A stretch of 64,000 nt of DNA from Nemertoderma westbladi (Eukaryota > Animalia > Xenacoelomorpha), in assembly GCA_032718475.1 (NCBI GenBank), contig JAUCBJ010001224.1, forward strand, positions 1-64,000, written 5' to 3'. Both the position numbers and the translations under genes were made by a program. The notes under the pieces are model-generated. The model ran no database searches, had not been told where the DNA came from, and saw only the letters and a list, made by a program, of their open reading frames with translations. Shown here in pieces: positions 14,004-27,110 of the stretch (position 1 is its first letter; every line of letters starts with the position of its first letter).

Positions 14004-15182
14004 TGTAAAAGCTTTTGCGGCTATAACTAGTTATTTTTCCCGCAAAGTACTCTGTAGTTGTTTTTAGTGGACATAAAAAGCCATTTTTCTGTATGTGTAC
14101 TTAGCGGACATAACAAGCCATTTTATGCCGCAATGCGTCAAAATACTCTTAATACAGTGTAGTTCAGATGACGAAATCTGTCAGCTGATTTGCTGACGTG
14201 GAACTTTCCCTTGTGCTCTGTGTTCTTTGTTCGGCTCAGCTAGGCTCAGCCAATCAGAGCGATTTTCATTTTTCTTGGAAAAGAGCTATGTAAACCGAGC
14301 AAGTCTGTGTATGTCAGCAGTAGTTGTTTTACCTTTTTCCTGAGCCCAGAACATCGGCTTTGGAATTATTCTTAGTTTCAGACTTTAGCCAAACATTCGA
14401 CGGCTTTGATTATAGGAACGTATAACTGTTATCTTACTTACATACTTACTCAAGACTCATACCAAAGCAGTAGTTTTACTCACCGCATTATTTTACTGCT
14501 ATTTACTGTCGGTTATTAATTGTTAGAAGTTGATGAATATGTTGTTATATTTGGAGAATATCGATAAATAATTATAAAACCCCAATCTTCTTGATATACT
14601 GAAGGTAAGAGGGACCAGTTACCTGTAGCAACTGCGACTTACATTATAGTGGTTTTGAAGTGAATTAAATGCTATTTCATAATACCTACATGTGTCGGTT
14701 GCCATTCTCCTTATATATGATCAAATTCAGTGACGGTCGGCAGATCAGTGTGCAGTATTGTGCGGTAGTGTGCATGAGTGTGACAGATAACAAAGCATCT
14801 CCTAAAGAATGCGCTTTATACGAAAATCATTAGCCATCCCATTGTGTTTGGTGTAAGCCATAACTCTGTTTATATACTTAGAGCGCCACGTCCTAAAGGA
14901 ACTGTTAATATTTCCCGAAAGTAAATAATATTTGTCAGAGATTATATCTTAACGATCAATCGAATAGTACAGTAAGCCTACACCGCAATAAGGTCAGAGC
15001 CTCCGAATTCAGTCTCCCCTAACCGTGGGTGAATGGTCGCGCATAGGCTGGTTTTGGCTAGTGTAACTTTATATCGTATATGCAACAAATACTTGTTATA
15101 AGCTAAAGTCGATTTATAAACTAAAACTAGAAGACACCTAAAATTAGCGGGTTAAACTGCTAAAGGTCTAAAAGCGCGAACA
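14004..15182 (+). repeat. 3' LTR
   Basis: Direct repeat of 5983-7161, followed by the TSD GTAGT. Confidence 0.95.
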
Positions 15183-15399
15183 GTAGTATTACCACTTCTC
15201 AATAAGGTAGACAGCTGTATATGTGTACAGTATAGAACGGTCGTAAAAAAGAGGCGTTCCATTGAATGCTATTTATAGATCCATACCCCTTTTCTTTCCC
15301 CCTCTTCCCCCTTTTCTTACGCGCTCTTACCCCCAGCACAGAGAAGATCTTCCCCCAGCTCGCAGCTGAGCAGCAGGCTGAAGTAGTGCTCTGCTCAGG

Positions 15400-15950
15400 A
15401 AAGGCAGGAAATAAAGAGCAGGGCAAAATACAAAGAAGCCAGGCAGAAAACAAAGAGTAGGACAAAACAAAGAAGCCAGGGCAGAAAACAAAGAGCAGGG
15501 CAAAATACAAAGAAGCCAGGACAGAAAACACAGAGCAGGGCAAAATACAAAGAATCCAGGGCAGAAAACAGAGAGCAGGGCTAAATACATACAAAGAAGC
15601 CAGGCAGAAAACAAAGAGGAGGACAAAACAAAGAAGCCAGGGCAGAAAACAAAGAGCAGGGCAAAATACAAAGAAGCCAGGACAGAAAACACAGAGCAGG
15701 GCAAAATACAAAGAATCCAGGGCAGAAAACAGAGAGCAGGGCTAAATACAAAGAAGCCAGGGCAGAAAACAAAGAGCAGGGCAAAATACAAAGAAGCCAG
15801 GACAGAAAACACAGAGCAGGGCAAAATACAAAGAATCCAACGCAGAAAACAAAGAGCAGGGCTAAATACAAAGAAGCCAGGGCAGAAAACAAAGAGCAGG
15901 GCAGAAGACAAAGAGCAGGTCAAAATACAAAGAGGCCAGGGCAGAAAGGA
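15400..15950. repeat. ~40-bp purine-rich minisatellite
   Basis: Unit gagcagggcaaaatacaaagaagccagggcagaaaacaaa. Confidence 0.9.
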
Positions 15951-16039
15951 AAGGGTCTGTGCTTAACGTCAACGTCTGAACGTGTGTAGGTATCTGTCAG
16001 TGTGTACTATTGCCGAATTGGGAAAACATTTGTTTCCGA

Positions 16040-16813
16040 ACAGAGTGCCGGTGGACTCTATGCTGAATGTGCAGAATGGAAGCTTTGAAGCTGCTGGTGA
16101 AATTTTTGCAACGAGTTTGGTTCAAAGTGGCTCTGCACCCAAGTTTCTGCATGGCTCTTGTTATGACCTATACTCGATAGTGCCAACTGTAACATAAAGT
16201 CATTTGATAGAGCCAATTTTTATCCCCTATTGATAATGATCTTCTTAAAAACATTGAAGATTTTCCTGATGATTGTGGCGATTTGGTAAGAGAGCATGGG
16301 TATACTGGGGTAATTAACCAAGCAAATTTGATAGCGATAAAGGATACAATATCCATAAGTTTATTATCGAGGAGGCGCCTGTACTTAGAAGAATTTGTCA
16401 AAGGTTTCGATTTGTACGGATTCAAATCTATTATTCAAACAAACATAGAGTTATGTAGATGCTTGTTTGAAATACCTCATGAAGGTAGCTACACTGATAT
16501 CGACGCTAATTATATTATTCTTTCGATAGTGGAACCAAATTACTCTGATTTTTCGTGACGTAAGCGTGATGAGGAATCAATTATGGACAACTTCCAGAAT
16601 TTTGTGCTTAACCTAGAAGACAAAAAGTTTAAAGATCCCGATAGCGAAGTTATTATGGGCGATGATGACAATTTGCAGACGGTTACTGCTGATCTTACTC
16701 CCCCGGGTTTACTTGGTTGGCTAACTGGGCAGAGACATAAGCCACTGAATAATGATCCCTTTACAGTATCCATATTCTTTGATCCCGAATGCTTAGAACG
16801 AAATCCTAATTAA
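16040..16813 (+). pseudogene. Disrupted, intronless G2E3-like HECT ubiquitin-ligase domain fragment
   Basis: FEAAGEIFATSLVQSGSAPKFL, LEEFVKGFDLYG...LF and LLGWLTG..P motifs; a frameshift and in-frame stops; ends before the catalytic Cys region. Confidence 0.6.
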
Positions 16814-17964
16814 CGTAGCGAATCGAATCTACTGTAACTATTTTTTATATTAGTGCATATTGTTGCCGTGCAATGTAAAAAGACCGTAAGTCGCATTTTT
16901 CCAAAATTCATTTTTTCTGGGTCTATTATCGAAAAGACCGTTACAGTAGTTCTCGAGATGTTTATTGTAAAAAGGCCGTAAGTCACAACATACTGTATGT
17001 ATAGTTATATTAAATAAATAAATTCAACCCCCGGTGAAGCGCTTTCTCATTTTTTCCTTTTCTGAACAAATCCACAATATTACATATGTATAGTGTGCTA
17101 CAAAGGAAAAATTCCGTAAGTCACTTAAATTTATGCAAAAAAACGGTTTGTTTGAAAACCCCTTTGTCTACCACCACTAAATCGGTCATTGTGGTTCTAA
17201 TGAGCATACTATTAAAGCAGTAGGAGAACTAAAAGTTGGCCATCGCAAAAATTTAGAATAATCATTACTTGCACCAAAGGGTAAGTTCTGGCCATGTGTC
17301 TGTGGCACTAGTTAGTTACCTTGATCCAAAATTTAAAATTTTGGTATCTAACTAAGTTTTGACACATTTGATGACATTTGATGCATGAAGGAAGTTCTTT
17401 CTTGCGTCATTAATCTTTCATCAATGTGTTATATTGTTATAAATTTCATTGTGGTGCATCGCGATGGCTCAAAATTTCAACCCCATTGGGATCCGTCAAG
17501 ATATCGATGAAATTAGGAGAAATTTTTTTTGCCTTAATTTATTCCATTTGGCAACTTTTGTGCACCGGTAGAACAATGAAATCGAAAAAAAAGTAAAAAA
17601 CACCACCACCCTAATGTACTGTAGGCAGAAAGTAAAGGCATACCGCCAACGTCTTAATGTACATTTTATCTGTCCAAAGCAACGTTCCCAGTTGGATCAT
17701 TGCAACCAATTGTTACACCAAATTAATTTCCCGGAGTACCAGCAACCTGTATACCTTCGATGCCACGCCAAACTCCGTCTGTTGAAGAACGACATGACAG
17801 ATTAGCTCATTGGACTCGAAGGACTTCTGGACTTGGTAGCTGGGTTCGTGGAACTTGATGCTAGGCTCTACTCCTGGGTGCATGATCTGCCATGGACTGC
17901 AGATCATCTGTCATTGGCTCACTGCCTGGGACCAAATAACCAACTGTCCATTGGTCGCAATTAA

Positions 17965-20940
17965 TTGAGAGAAGTTGTGGCAACGGTGAAAAGAGCCTCA
18001 GATCCCCGAAGCGCTAGGCCTATAGGGTACGCTATAACAAACTTATTCGACGGTGTGGACAGGAGGGCGAGCGGAGTTGGCCGAGGCGGGGAGGGTTTGG
18101 GTATCTCGGAGAAGGATTTGAGATTACTGCGGGAACTTAGGGGGGATAAAGAACTCACTTTCGTTAGGGGAGATAAGACAGGCAACGTCATTGTTGTAGA
18201 CAGGGAGCTGTTGGATTTAGAAATGAGGAGAAACGTTGGCGATCGTGAGATGTTCGAGAAGTTAGAAGGTGATCTGACTTCGAAATATCGAGATGAACTC
18301 TATCGGACGGTACATAGAATGGCGTTAGAAGATAAAGACTTAAGTTCATACCTGGTTCCGAAGAACCCAACTCAGGGTTATGTGTTCCCATTAGTTAAGG
18401 ATCACAAACTGGTTTCTGAGTGGATCGACTGGGGATGGGGCAGGAAGTTCCCGAAGGTGAGAGCTATCGTATCGTCGAGAGGAACCCTAGCGGAGAGGGT
18501 CGGGAAGTGGCTAAACTCGGTCCTTCAGCCTCTAATGCTGAGGATGTCCCCCTACATGCAGGATTCACATTCGGCAAGGGAGGCGGTCCCGAGCCGCCCG
18601 TTGTCCACAGCAATGTTCATGTCCTTATTGGACGTCATGGACATGTACCCCTCTGTAGACCACGATGTCGCCGTTCGCGCGATCGAGGCGGTGATTGGGG
18701 AGAATATTTATGGAGATTTTGGAGGACTCTGGGTTTACTTTGGGGCAGGTTATGCTTATATTAAAATTTGTGCTGACTCATGCATATTTTGGTTTTGAAG
18801 GTGCTTTTTATGTTTTAGTAAAGGGTTTAGGGATGGGAGGCCCCTCGCCAAAGGTTCTGGCAGTCCTGGTGGTGGATCGTATCCACACCCACGTGGGTTT
18901 GGTTGCCCAGTTCAGCGCCATTTATTTCAAAACGTTTGTGGACGATGGTGAGGCTATTTGGGATAGGGAGTTGGACGACTCTGTAAAGGAGGCGATCGTC
19001 GAGCGTTATGGGGCGGCGTGTGAGGCCATATATGGTAAAGGAGGGATTTGTTTCACTTTCGAATTCTCGAACACCAGTTCAGTGTTCCTGGACATGGAGT
19101 TGGTGTTGAAGCCGGGTCGGGGAATAGTGAGTTCGGTTTATTTTAAACCGCTTACTAAAAGGTTGCCCATTCCTGGATCCAGTTTGCACGACCAAAGGGT
19201 TCTGCAGGGTGTGGTGAAGGGCCAGCTGACACGTTTTGCGAGGTTGACAAGGACAACCGGGGAGTATGAGAGTGCGAGGGACCGTTATTTAACGGATTGC
19301 TGGGTGTCCGGGTATTGTGAGGGGTTTTTTAATGAGGCCCGGGGTTGGGACCCGGAACGGTTACGGGACTAGCCCGGTGTCAACCTGGAGGGTCGGGTCA
19401 AGGCGGAGAAGGACAAGTTCTACTTTGGGGTAGACGGTAGGTTCGCGGAGGTCGTCAAGCCGGTCATGCAGCGGTATCGGCAGGTGTTGGGAGAGAGTGG
19501 GATGGGAGTTGCGTGCAATCTTTACGCGGGTCGGAGTTTGGGTAATATGTTGGTTCAGAAGCGGCCGCCGGCTAAGGGGAGGGGAAGCAATAGATGCGGG
19601 TCCTGGTCGGGGTGCAAAACCTGCGACGCCATGTTTGACATGTCCCAAACCCCATGGGGTGAGAAGATTAAAGGTTTTTTCACGTGTATGTCCCACGGGG
19701 TACTTTATCTGTTGACCTGCACCAACCACCCGGGGGCTATTATTTGGGCCAGACTGAGCAAACCATTAGGGATAGGATGATGGGTCACTGATCGGCCATG
19801 GGTAGGTATGTGAAGGAAGTGTATCCTGACCAAGAGAACATGGGGGAGTATGTGCTGTTGGATCATTTTGCCCAGTGCGGGTTAGGGTGTCTCAGGGTCT
19901 CGGGGTTTAGGAGCTACAGGTCGGACGAGGATCGGATCCACGCCAAGGCGAACTATATTTTCAAGTTTAGGCCCCCATGGAACAGAATGGTCCCGGCGGT
20001 TTGACACAGTCGGGGTTATAGTTTGGTGTTTGGGCGTGTTTTGTGCCATTAATACTGCCCTGTGCCTTTTGTACCGTAAATACAGATTTAGTTTCAGTTG
20101 AATTTGCCTTAATTTTGCTTTAGTATCATTTACCTGTTGGTTCTTTGTTTTTACGATACACGCCAGACCGGCGGGATGGGTTCTGCCATTAATACTGCTC
20201 AGTGCCATTTGTACTGTACATAGTAGCGCACGGCCCCGTCTACTCGCGGCCCGTATTAATTTTCAGGATATTACGGTTTTGTACGGACATTCCGCATACG
20301 TCAGGGTTTACATACTGTAGTTGTACCCCGCATACGCCAGGCTCTATGCCATAAATTCTGCTCTGTGCCTTTTGTACTGTAGATAGTAGCGCACGGCCCT
20401 GCCTAATCACGTCGCGGTGCTGGATTGATTGTTTAGGTTTGTAGATTTGGTTTCAGTTTCATTTGCCTGTGTCTTTTTACGCTACACGTTTGTGCACGGA
20501 TATTTCGCATACGTCAGGTATTTCGTACTTTTGTTGTCATCTCGCATACATAAGGCTCTCTGTTGTTAATACTGCTCTATGCCATTTGTACTGTAAATAG
20601 TAACGCACGGCCCTGCCTAACCACATATCGGTGCTAGATTGATTGATTAGTTTCTATGACTAAGAGTTCAGTTGTTTATTTATGTTGTTAGCTCTACGGA
20701 CCGTGGCTGCACGGTCCTTTTAACCACATATCAACCGTAGGCGGAGTGTTGTTATTTGTACTGTACATATACATCGTTTTGTGAGTGACAAGTAGTCTAT
20801 TTCAGTATTTGTTAGTGTTTTCTATTTTGCGTAACTGTAGTGCAGTATTTTTTGTGCTGATGATGCCCCAAAGGGGAGAAATTAATCCACTGTTTATATG
20901 ATTATATTGAAGTGTTCATTGGGCGATGAAACTCCTTGAC
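17965..20940 (+). mobile_element. Penelope-like retroelement (RT + Cys-rich linker + GIY-YIG endonuclease), frameshifted, with 3' pLTR region
   Basis: KDHK...PKVRAIVS, LDVMDMYPSV, GLGMG, FVDD, FLD and VYFKP RT motifs; CGSWSGCKTC linker; FTCMSHGVLYLLTC...(YLGQT after a frameshift) GIY-YIG; 3' repeats and a hammerhead. Confidence 0.9.
20854..20890 (+). ncRNA. Minimal type-I hammerhead ribozyme of the Penelope-like element
   Basis: gtg-CTGATGA-tgcccc-aaa-gggga-GAAA-ttaa-TC-cac: conserved core, stem II cccc/gggg, palindromic stem III ATTAAT, stem I gtg/cac. Confidence 0.8.
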
Positions 20941-22085
20941 GTTTTAATAATTATCATGATGTATACAAACGCCCTAAAGTCGGCATGTCACTTTACAAAC
21001 TTATTTGAAAGGTCGTCGACTCTGGGAAATCGAAACACCAGAGTCAGTTGGAGTTTATGACTCGCCAACTTGAAATACATTGTTCAAAGACATTCTCAAC
21101 AAAGGTTTATTATATCGACGCAATCCAAGGCTATCTAGTAACTCTATCTGGCCCGGGTCATTTTACAACTTAATTGGCCCAGTAGGGTCATTCTAGAAAT
21201 TTTTTAGATCTTGGCTCAAAAATTACAATTTCGATGGTATAAGGGTTTTCGAGGTCGCTGATCACGATATAACTTGTTAAAAATATATTCCGGCAATGCA
21301 ACCATCATTTATGGTGCTATTTTGGTCCCCCAAGACAAAAAGTACAATAAGTTGCAAAAAATTTCAAACGTCAAATATCAATTTTGGTTGGATAATACGA
21401 TATTTTTGAGTGTCATAAAGCCCCTAATGTCTAAAAATCAGGTTGATTTGGTGATAATTTTTAAATAAGAAATTTGCGCTACTTTCTATTTTTCGTGCCG
21501 CACACTGACACATTTCCAAATTTGCCATAATCAACAATGTACGATATATTTCAATGTCATATTCGTGATTAGCATCCCAAAAAACCCATATGATCATAAA
21601 TTCAATTTGATTTTGTGGTGATTCTTCATTATCACATTTGCACTACTTTTTTTATTTCGTGCCTCAGAGGGCACATTCAAAATTACCATTTCAAAAGCAA
21701 AGTCACTTAATCAATTTAATTAAGGGGTGGGGGGGGGGGGGGGGGGTTATACAGTACCCCCCCTGAACATTTTTTGAAATGGCTGCCAATTAGTGTTAAA
21801 TGAAAATATTGATATTAGTCATGGACTTCATGGTCAACCACTGTATGGAAGGCCAAATAGCTTTATTGTAAAATTTGAAAATTTATAGCCTCTCCCTAGC
21901 GGCTGGAGGCGGAATTAAAGATTTCACTAAAATTGCCACTAGTCCCTCAATTGTGGTCCAAATTTCTTGAGACCAACTTTTTTGGACTCAGCGTGATCGA
22001 CTCTACAAAAGTTACCTTATAGAATTTTAATTAGCCACTTTTATTTTAATTAATTAATTAAATTAATTAATTATTATATTTTTAA

Positions 22086-23775
22086 AGGGGAGATGGAACC
22101 CTTAGATTTTCCCATACAAACGCCTTTTTAACAAATGCCCCGTTTTCTCCAGAACTACCAGGTCGATTTTTATGAAATTTGGTATGCTATTAAAGTAGCC
22201 ACTCCGCCAGACCTGGAACCTAAAAAAATTCGAAATTTTCGAATTTTTTGTATTATTTTTCATATTTTTGAAAAAAAGGTCAAAAATTTGGGATTTGGTC
22301 TTAAAATACAAAGAATGATGATGAGTTAACTATGATATTAGAGGTTCCAGTTATGCGCCACACCGCCATGGATCATGTGTCAAAATTTCAAGAAATTTCA
22401 TCGAGCCGTTCTCGAGATAATGGGGCATTTGTAACCAAAATAACATGAAAAATTGAAGTAGGAGAAAAATGCATTCAAAGTTTTCAAACCTTCCCGCCAA
22501 TTTTTATAAATGGGAGAATTTTCAAGCATACCATTATTGTCAAATTTTGAAAGGACATTTTTTCTAACAAAAATGAAAACTTTCGCTATGGGCTTTTCCT
22601 GTTCCGTGATTTCATTTCCGATGTCAGTTTTCACGATTGACGGATTCTAGTCTGTCTGTCCGTCTGTCTGTCTTTTGGTTTGTCCGTCAAAATGTAAAAA
22701 AGCATACAACACTCAAATAAAATTTTCTTATGGGGTTTTCCTGGTCTGTGACTCCATTTCCAATGTCAGTTTTCACTATTGACGGATTCTACTATGTCTG
22801 TCCGTCCATTCTGTCTGTCTTTTGGTCTGTCCGTCAAAATTTAAAAAGGCACACAACAACTAAATAAAATTTTGTTATGGGGTTATTCTGGTCTGTGATT
22901 TCATTTCCAATGTCAGTTTTCACTATTGATGGATTCTAGTATGTCTCTCCGTCAATTCTGTCTGTCTTTTGGTGTGTCCGTCAAATTTAAATAACGGACA
23001 GACCAAATGACAGACAGACGGACAGACAGGACGAATAATCCGTAAATCCTAGAAACTGATACCAGAATCGAAATCACAGACCAAAAAAACCCCATAGCAA
23101 AATTTTTAGTTAGGCCTGGTGTATTTTTTTATATTTTGACAGACAGACTAAAAAGACCGACAGACGGACAGATAGGACTAGACTCCATAAATTGTAGAAA
23201 CTGATACCAGAAACGATATCACAGACCAGAAAAACCCCATAGCAATATCTTTAGTAAGGTCTGGTGTAGTTTTTTAGATTTTGACAGACAGACTAAAAAG
23301 ACCGACAGACGGACAGATAGGACTAGACTCCATAAATTGTAGAAACTGATACCAGAAACGATATCACAGACCAAAAAAAAACCCATAGCAATATCTTTAG
23401 TTAGGTCTGGTGTATTTTTTTATATTTTGACAGACAGACTAAAAAGACCGACAGACTGACAGACCGACAAACGGACAGATAGGACTAGTCTCAGTAAATT
23501 TTAGAAACTGATACCATAAATGAAATCTCAGACCAGGAAAACCCCATAGCCAAAAGTTTCAGCTAAATGTAGTGAGATATTTTACACTGTATTTTCACAA
23601 TCAGACAAAAAACAGACTAACCGACAAACAGACAGAGTTTCAAGCGGTTTGGGCTCATGATATGGTTTTAAAGTGTCAATATCCATAATCTACGGAAAAT
23701 TGTGATCTTAAACAACTAAAAAAAAAATCTCAAAAATTTTATTTTTTTGAAAATTTTAAGGGTTCCATCTCCCCT
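22086..23775. mobile_element. Kolobok-like non-autonomous TIR element with internal inverted ~120-bp repeat arrays
   Basis: 19-bp perfect TIR aggggagatggaaccctta / taagggttccatctcccct with TTAA-like flanks; units at 22590-22990 are inverted relative to units at 22995-23620. Confidence 0.7.
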
Positions 23776-25307
23776 TAATTAAAATTGGCTAATTAGAAAA
23801 AATTGTAATATTTATCAAAAAAGAGCTTCCAAAGCTCGTTTGATTGAGCCAAAAATGAAGAAAATCGGTTGAATAATGACGGAGGAGGAGTAATTTGAAA
23901 ATGAAAAATGTCATTCCGAGAAAATGCCCTTCAAAGTTTAAACCTTCCCGCCAAAATTGGCTGTCTGTGTTCTGGTTGGTTAATTATTTCTGTCACGAAG
24001 TTGTCACCAACGTGCTAAAATGTTAATTACTGGGGTTTTCGGGGTCGCTGGTTTCATTTCTGATGTCAGTTTAAATTTGTTGTGGAATCTAGTCTATCTG
24101 TCTGTCTGTCGGTCTTCTGTCTTTCTTACAATTTGACGGACAGACCGTCATACGGAAAAACAGTGATAACTCGAGAACTGAAAGATGTCTCACTAAGCGG
24201 TTGTCAGATTTGTAATAACATTTTTTTTATTTTAAACAAATAATAAAATAATACAACGCCACCTGATAACGACAGGACTTCAAAAGGACAACCAGGAGTA
24301 ATAGGAGTTGCCTAGCAACTTGTTATTAATAAAGCAAAAAATAGCTCCATAATCAGAAAAGAGCAATTATTGCGCATTGCAGAAATAGGTCATATGTTTG
24401 CATGAAATTTAATGTGTTCCGCACCATATATTTTTATAGACTTTTTTGGGTAATACATGGGGGGGGGGGGGGGGGGGGGTACTGGCTTTCAAATTTTTTT
24501 TTTCCAAATTTTTTTTTTTCATCTAGAGCAGATTTTGATCAAGATTCCAAATATGAAAACCGTTTAGCAAGATCTCTCTTACTTCACGAGATATGTCTGT
24601 ATGTCCGTTTTACTGTAGGTCTGTCTGTCAGTATGTCTCCAAAACAATGGAATTCATACTCTCTGTCTAAAAAATTTCCTATATGGGTTTTCTTGGTCCG
24701 ATATTTCTGATATCAGTATTCAAATTTGGCGTCGTCATCAATTGAGAGAAAAGTAGAAGTACTGTAGCTCAAATTATATAACCAACCATCAGGTTCATCT
24801 GAAATTTGGTATAAGAGTGTCCTATGAGCATTGCTTGAATATAGCAAGTCGGCAAACTAAACTAACGAAGTAGTAGAGCAAACAGAAAAAAGTACTTGGG
24901 AACTCGGCATTTATATATTGTAAATATCCTTCTTTAGTAACGTAAATGTTCACCTGCACCAACATTTACTACTACTAACCAAAAACCATATACCTAATCC
25001 ATTATACAACAATAATAACAAACAGTAATACCAGTAATATTGTTTATAGCAGGTAGTTGTCGTAATCCAATTGGCTCTTGGAATTCAATCTGCAAAACAA
25101 ACAATAGAAATGTTAAGTAATAATTTAATATCATTAAAACTTACCATTAAGACTGTTTACTCAGTTGCTTAAAAATTAATTGAAATACAATGAAATATTA
25201 AAGTTAGATGCCAATGCTACACTATTGAAATGATTAGAAAACCGTTACTGGTTACAGCTTACTGGCTTTTCTAGTTTAGTAATTTTTATAGAACTTACAG
25301 TTAAAAA

Positions 25308-25973
25308 TCACTGACGAATCCCAGCATACATTTCAATACGAGTAGCATGAGCTGCTGCTGGTATCCAGTGATCAAAGAGTCGTTCAAACCAAAGTATTGA
25401 AGAATAATCTCCATTCAAGTTGCTGAGCGGGCAATGGGCACCGGGCGTGTCTTCAAACCACCACCCTCCTGAAAGATCTACTGAAATGCAGTTGGTATGG
25501 GGATGGGAACCGTTGTGGCGGTCTTTAGTGAAGAATGGCGCACCGATGTTGTCAGATAATGCATCCTCCATAGTGCCATGGTAACCTTCTAGATATAGGC
25601 GATAACCAGTTTCAGGTGGTCCGAGACCGAACATACTGTATTCGACGTATCGGTATACGTTGGAGAAATATTGAAATACTCCCGAGGTTTCATTTTTTGC
25701 ATGTCCTGAGAACCACATATTTATTCTCAACTTAACACAATCATTTATGCAAAGGAATTTGAGCGAATTGAGACCAATCCAGAAATTTGTACGAATATCT
25801 CCAAATCCCTTAACATATTCGTTCCAGTTACGATCGAATCCAATAGTTCCATCTACCCTCTGTTGAATCTTAACCATCCTTTCTGTATGTGGTTTTAGGG
25901 TCAGACCATTTAAGACCCGCCCCACGTTAAACGTTAGCAACACTCCCTGATAAGCTTTCAACGCAGCCTTTGC
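25308..25973 (-). CDS. Fibrinogen C-terminal domain (FReD; ficolin/angiopoietin/tachylectin-like) protein, main coding exon
   Basis: IQQRVDGTIGFDRNWNEYVKGFG..FWIGL, YRLYL.GYHG, FFTKDR and GGWWF...C..SNLNG motifs; acceptor tacAG at 25975-25974, phase 0. Confidence 0.85.
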   Translation of the reverse strand, partial: AKAALKAYQGVLLTFNVGRVLNGLTLKPHTERMVKIQQRVDGTIGFDRNWNEYVKGFGDIRTNFWIGLNSLKFLCINDCVKLRINMWFSGHAKNETSGVFQYFSNVYRYVEYSMFGLGPPETGYRLYLEGYHGTMEDALSDNIGAPFFTKDRHNGSHPHTNCISVDLSGGWWFEDTPGAHCPLSNLNGDYSSILWFERLFDHWIPAAAHATRIEMYAGIRQ

Positions 25974-26239
25974 CTGTATTTGTATAAAAAAATATTCTTT
26001 ATTGTTATTTTTTTCACTCGAATACCCCTAATTCGGGAGAAAGTGAAAGAAAGTTGAAAAGACAGTGTAAAATAAAATTTGACAGAGGATCGAAGTAGAA
26101 ACGATTTGCGTGTAATGTGAACCAACAGACATACACACAAGATCCGTCATACAAACACTCCATTCAGAACCAATTCCCCATAACACCCAATTCAATATCT
26201 GAGTGTACTGTACATACAGTATGGGATTCCTTTAACCAA

Positions 26240-27110
26240 TAAATTAGCTGGAATATCTTTCATAGGGATATATCGAAATGCCCCAGTATAGGCAACATAC
26301 CACGAATCGTGTCAACTATATTTTTGATAAAGGTGTCCAAAATATTGGTATTATTTAACCCATAAAGTAAAACCTTTTATTGACGACCTTGTTATTTATG
26401 GAACATCAATCGAGGATGTCCAAAAGGGTCTTCATAAATTAGCCCAAATACTGTAAAGATGATGACCGAACAGTAAATATCACTAAAACAAAAGCTGTAA
26501 AATTTCGTGGGGGGGGGGGGGGGGGGGGGGTGTTGATTGGCCAACAAAGATGTAATGTTATAATTGATCGAAACTTGAATTCGATAGTTCTTTCAATTAT
26601 CTTGGTATCATCCTATCTACAAAAAATGGACCTGGTGGTACACACTCCTATAAAAAGGGTTTGGTATGCTCCATATTGATGGCTTCGAAAATAAACATGT
26701 CGATATCATCACTAGATTCGGCTAAACGTCTGGCTATCTGTAGTGTACCCTTCTGTCGCCTACGGATGCGATATTTTCATCCCCAGTGAAGAAATTGCTG
26801 TTCTAGAACATGTCCAACGTGTCCGAGCCTTCTATTTTAAACTATGGTTTGGAGTCAGCAAGTACTCTTCGTCAACTGCAATAGTAAATATTATTGACAT
26901 CTCAAGTGATCCCGATTGCGATATCCGCCTAGATGGTCTTACATGATTCCGCCACCTTGCTGGTGCACTACTAGTTTCGAATGTGTAATCGATTTTTCGC
27001 GCCTCTGTAGGCAAGCATACAATGCCGATATGCCGACATTCCCTTCTACCTTATTGCATCAAACCCAGTTGTTAAAAAGGGAATATTTTGTAACTAATAA
27101 AACTATATGA
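26240..27110 (+). mobile_element. Degenerate LINE RT fragment (intronic)
   Basis: FIDDLVIYG...VQKGL and FNYLGI motifs with frameshifts. Confidence 0.55.

Larger units (their letters stand above)
5983..15182 (+). mobile_element. Complete non-autonomous LTR retroelement with no gag/pol, carrying a DEDDy exonuclease/zinc-knuckle ORF
   Basis: Two 1179-bp direct repeats with TG...CA ends; 5-bp TSD GTAGT at 5978-5982 and 15183-15187; purine tract before the 3' LTR; no RT, RNase H, integrase or protease motifs seen inside. Confidence 0.93.

Noticed and set aside
15199-15923. Hydrophobic, membrane-protein-like ORFs on the minus strand
   Set aside because: Translation of the 40-bp minisatellite.
17614-17960. 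GC-balanced, coding-looking stretch before the Penelope element
   Set aside because: No recognisable motif in the frames examined; multiple stops.
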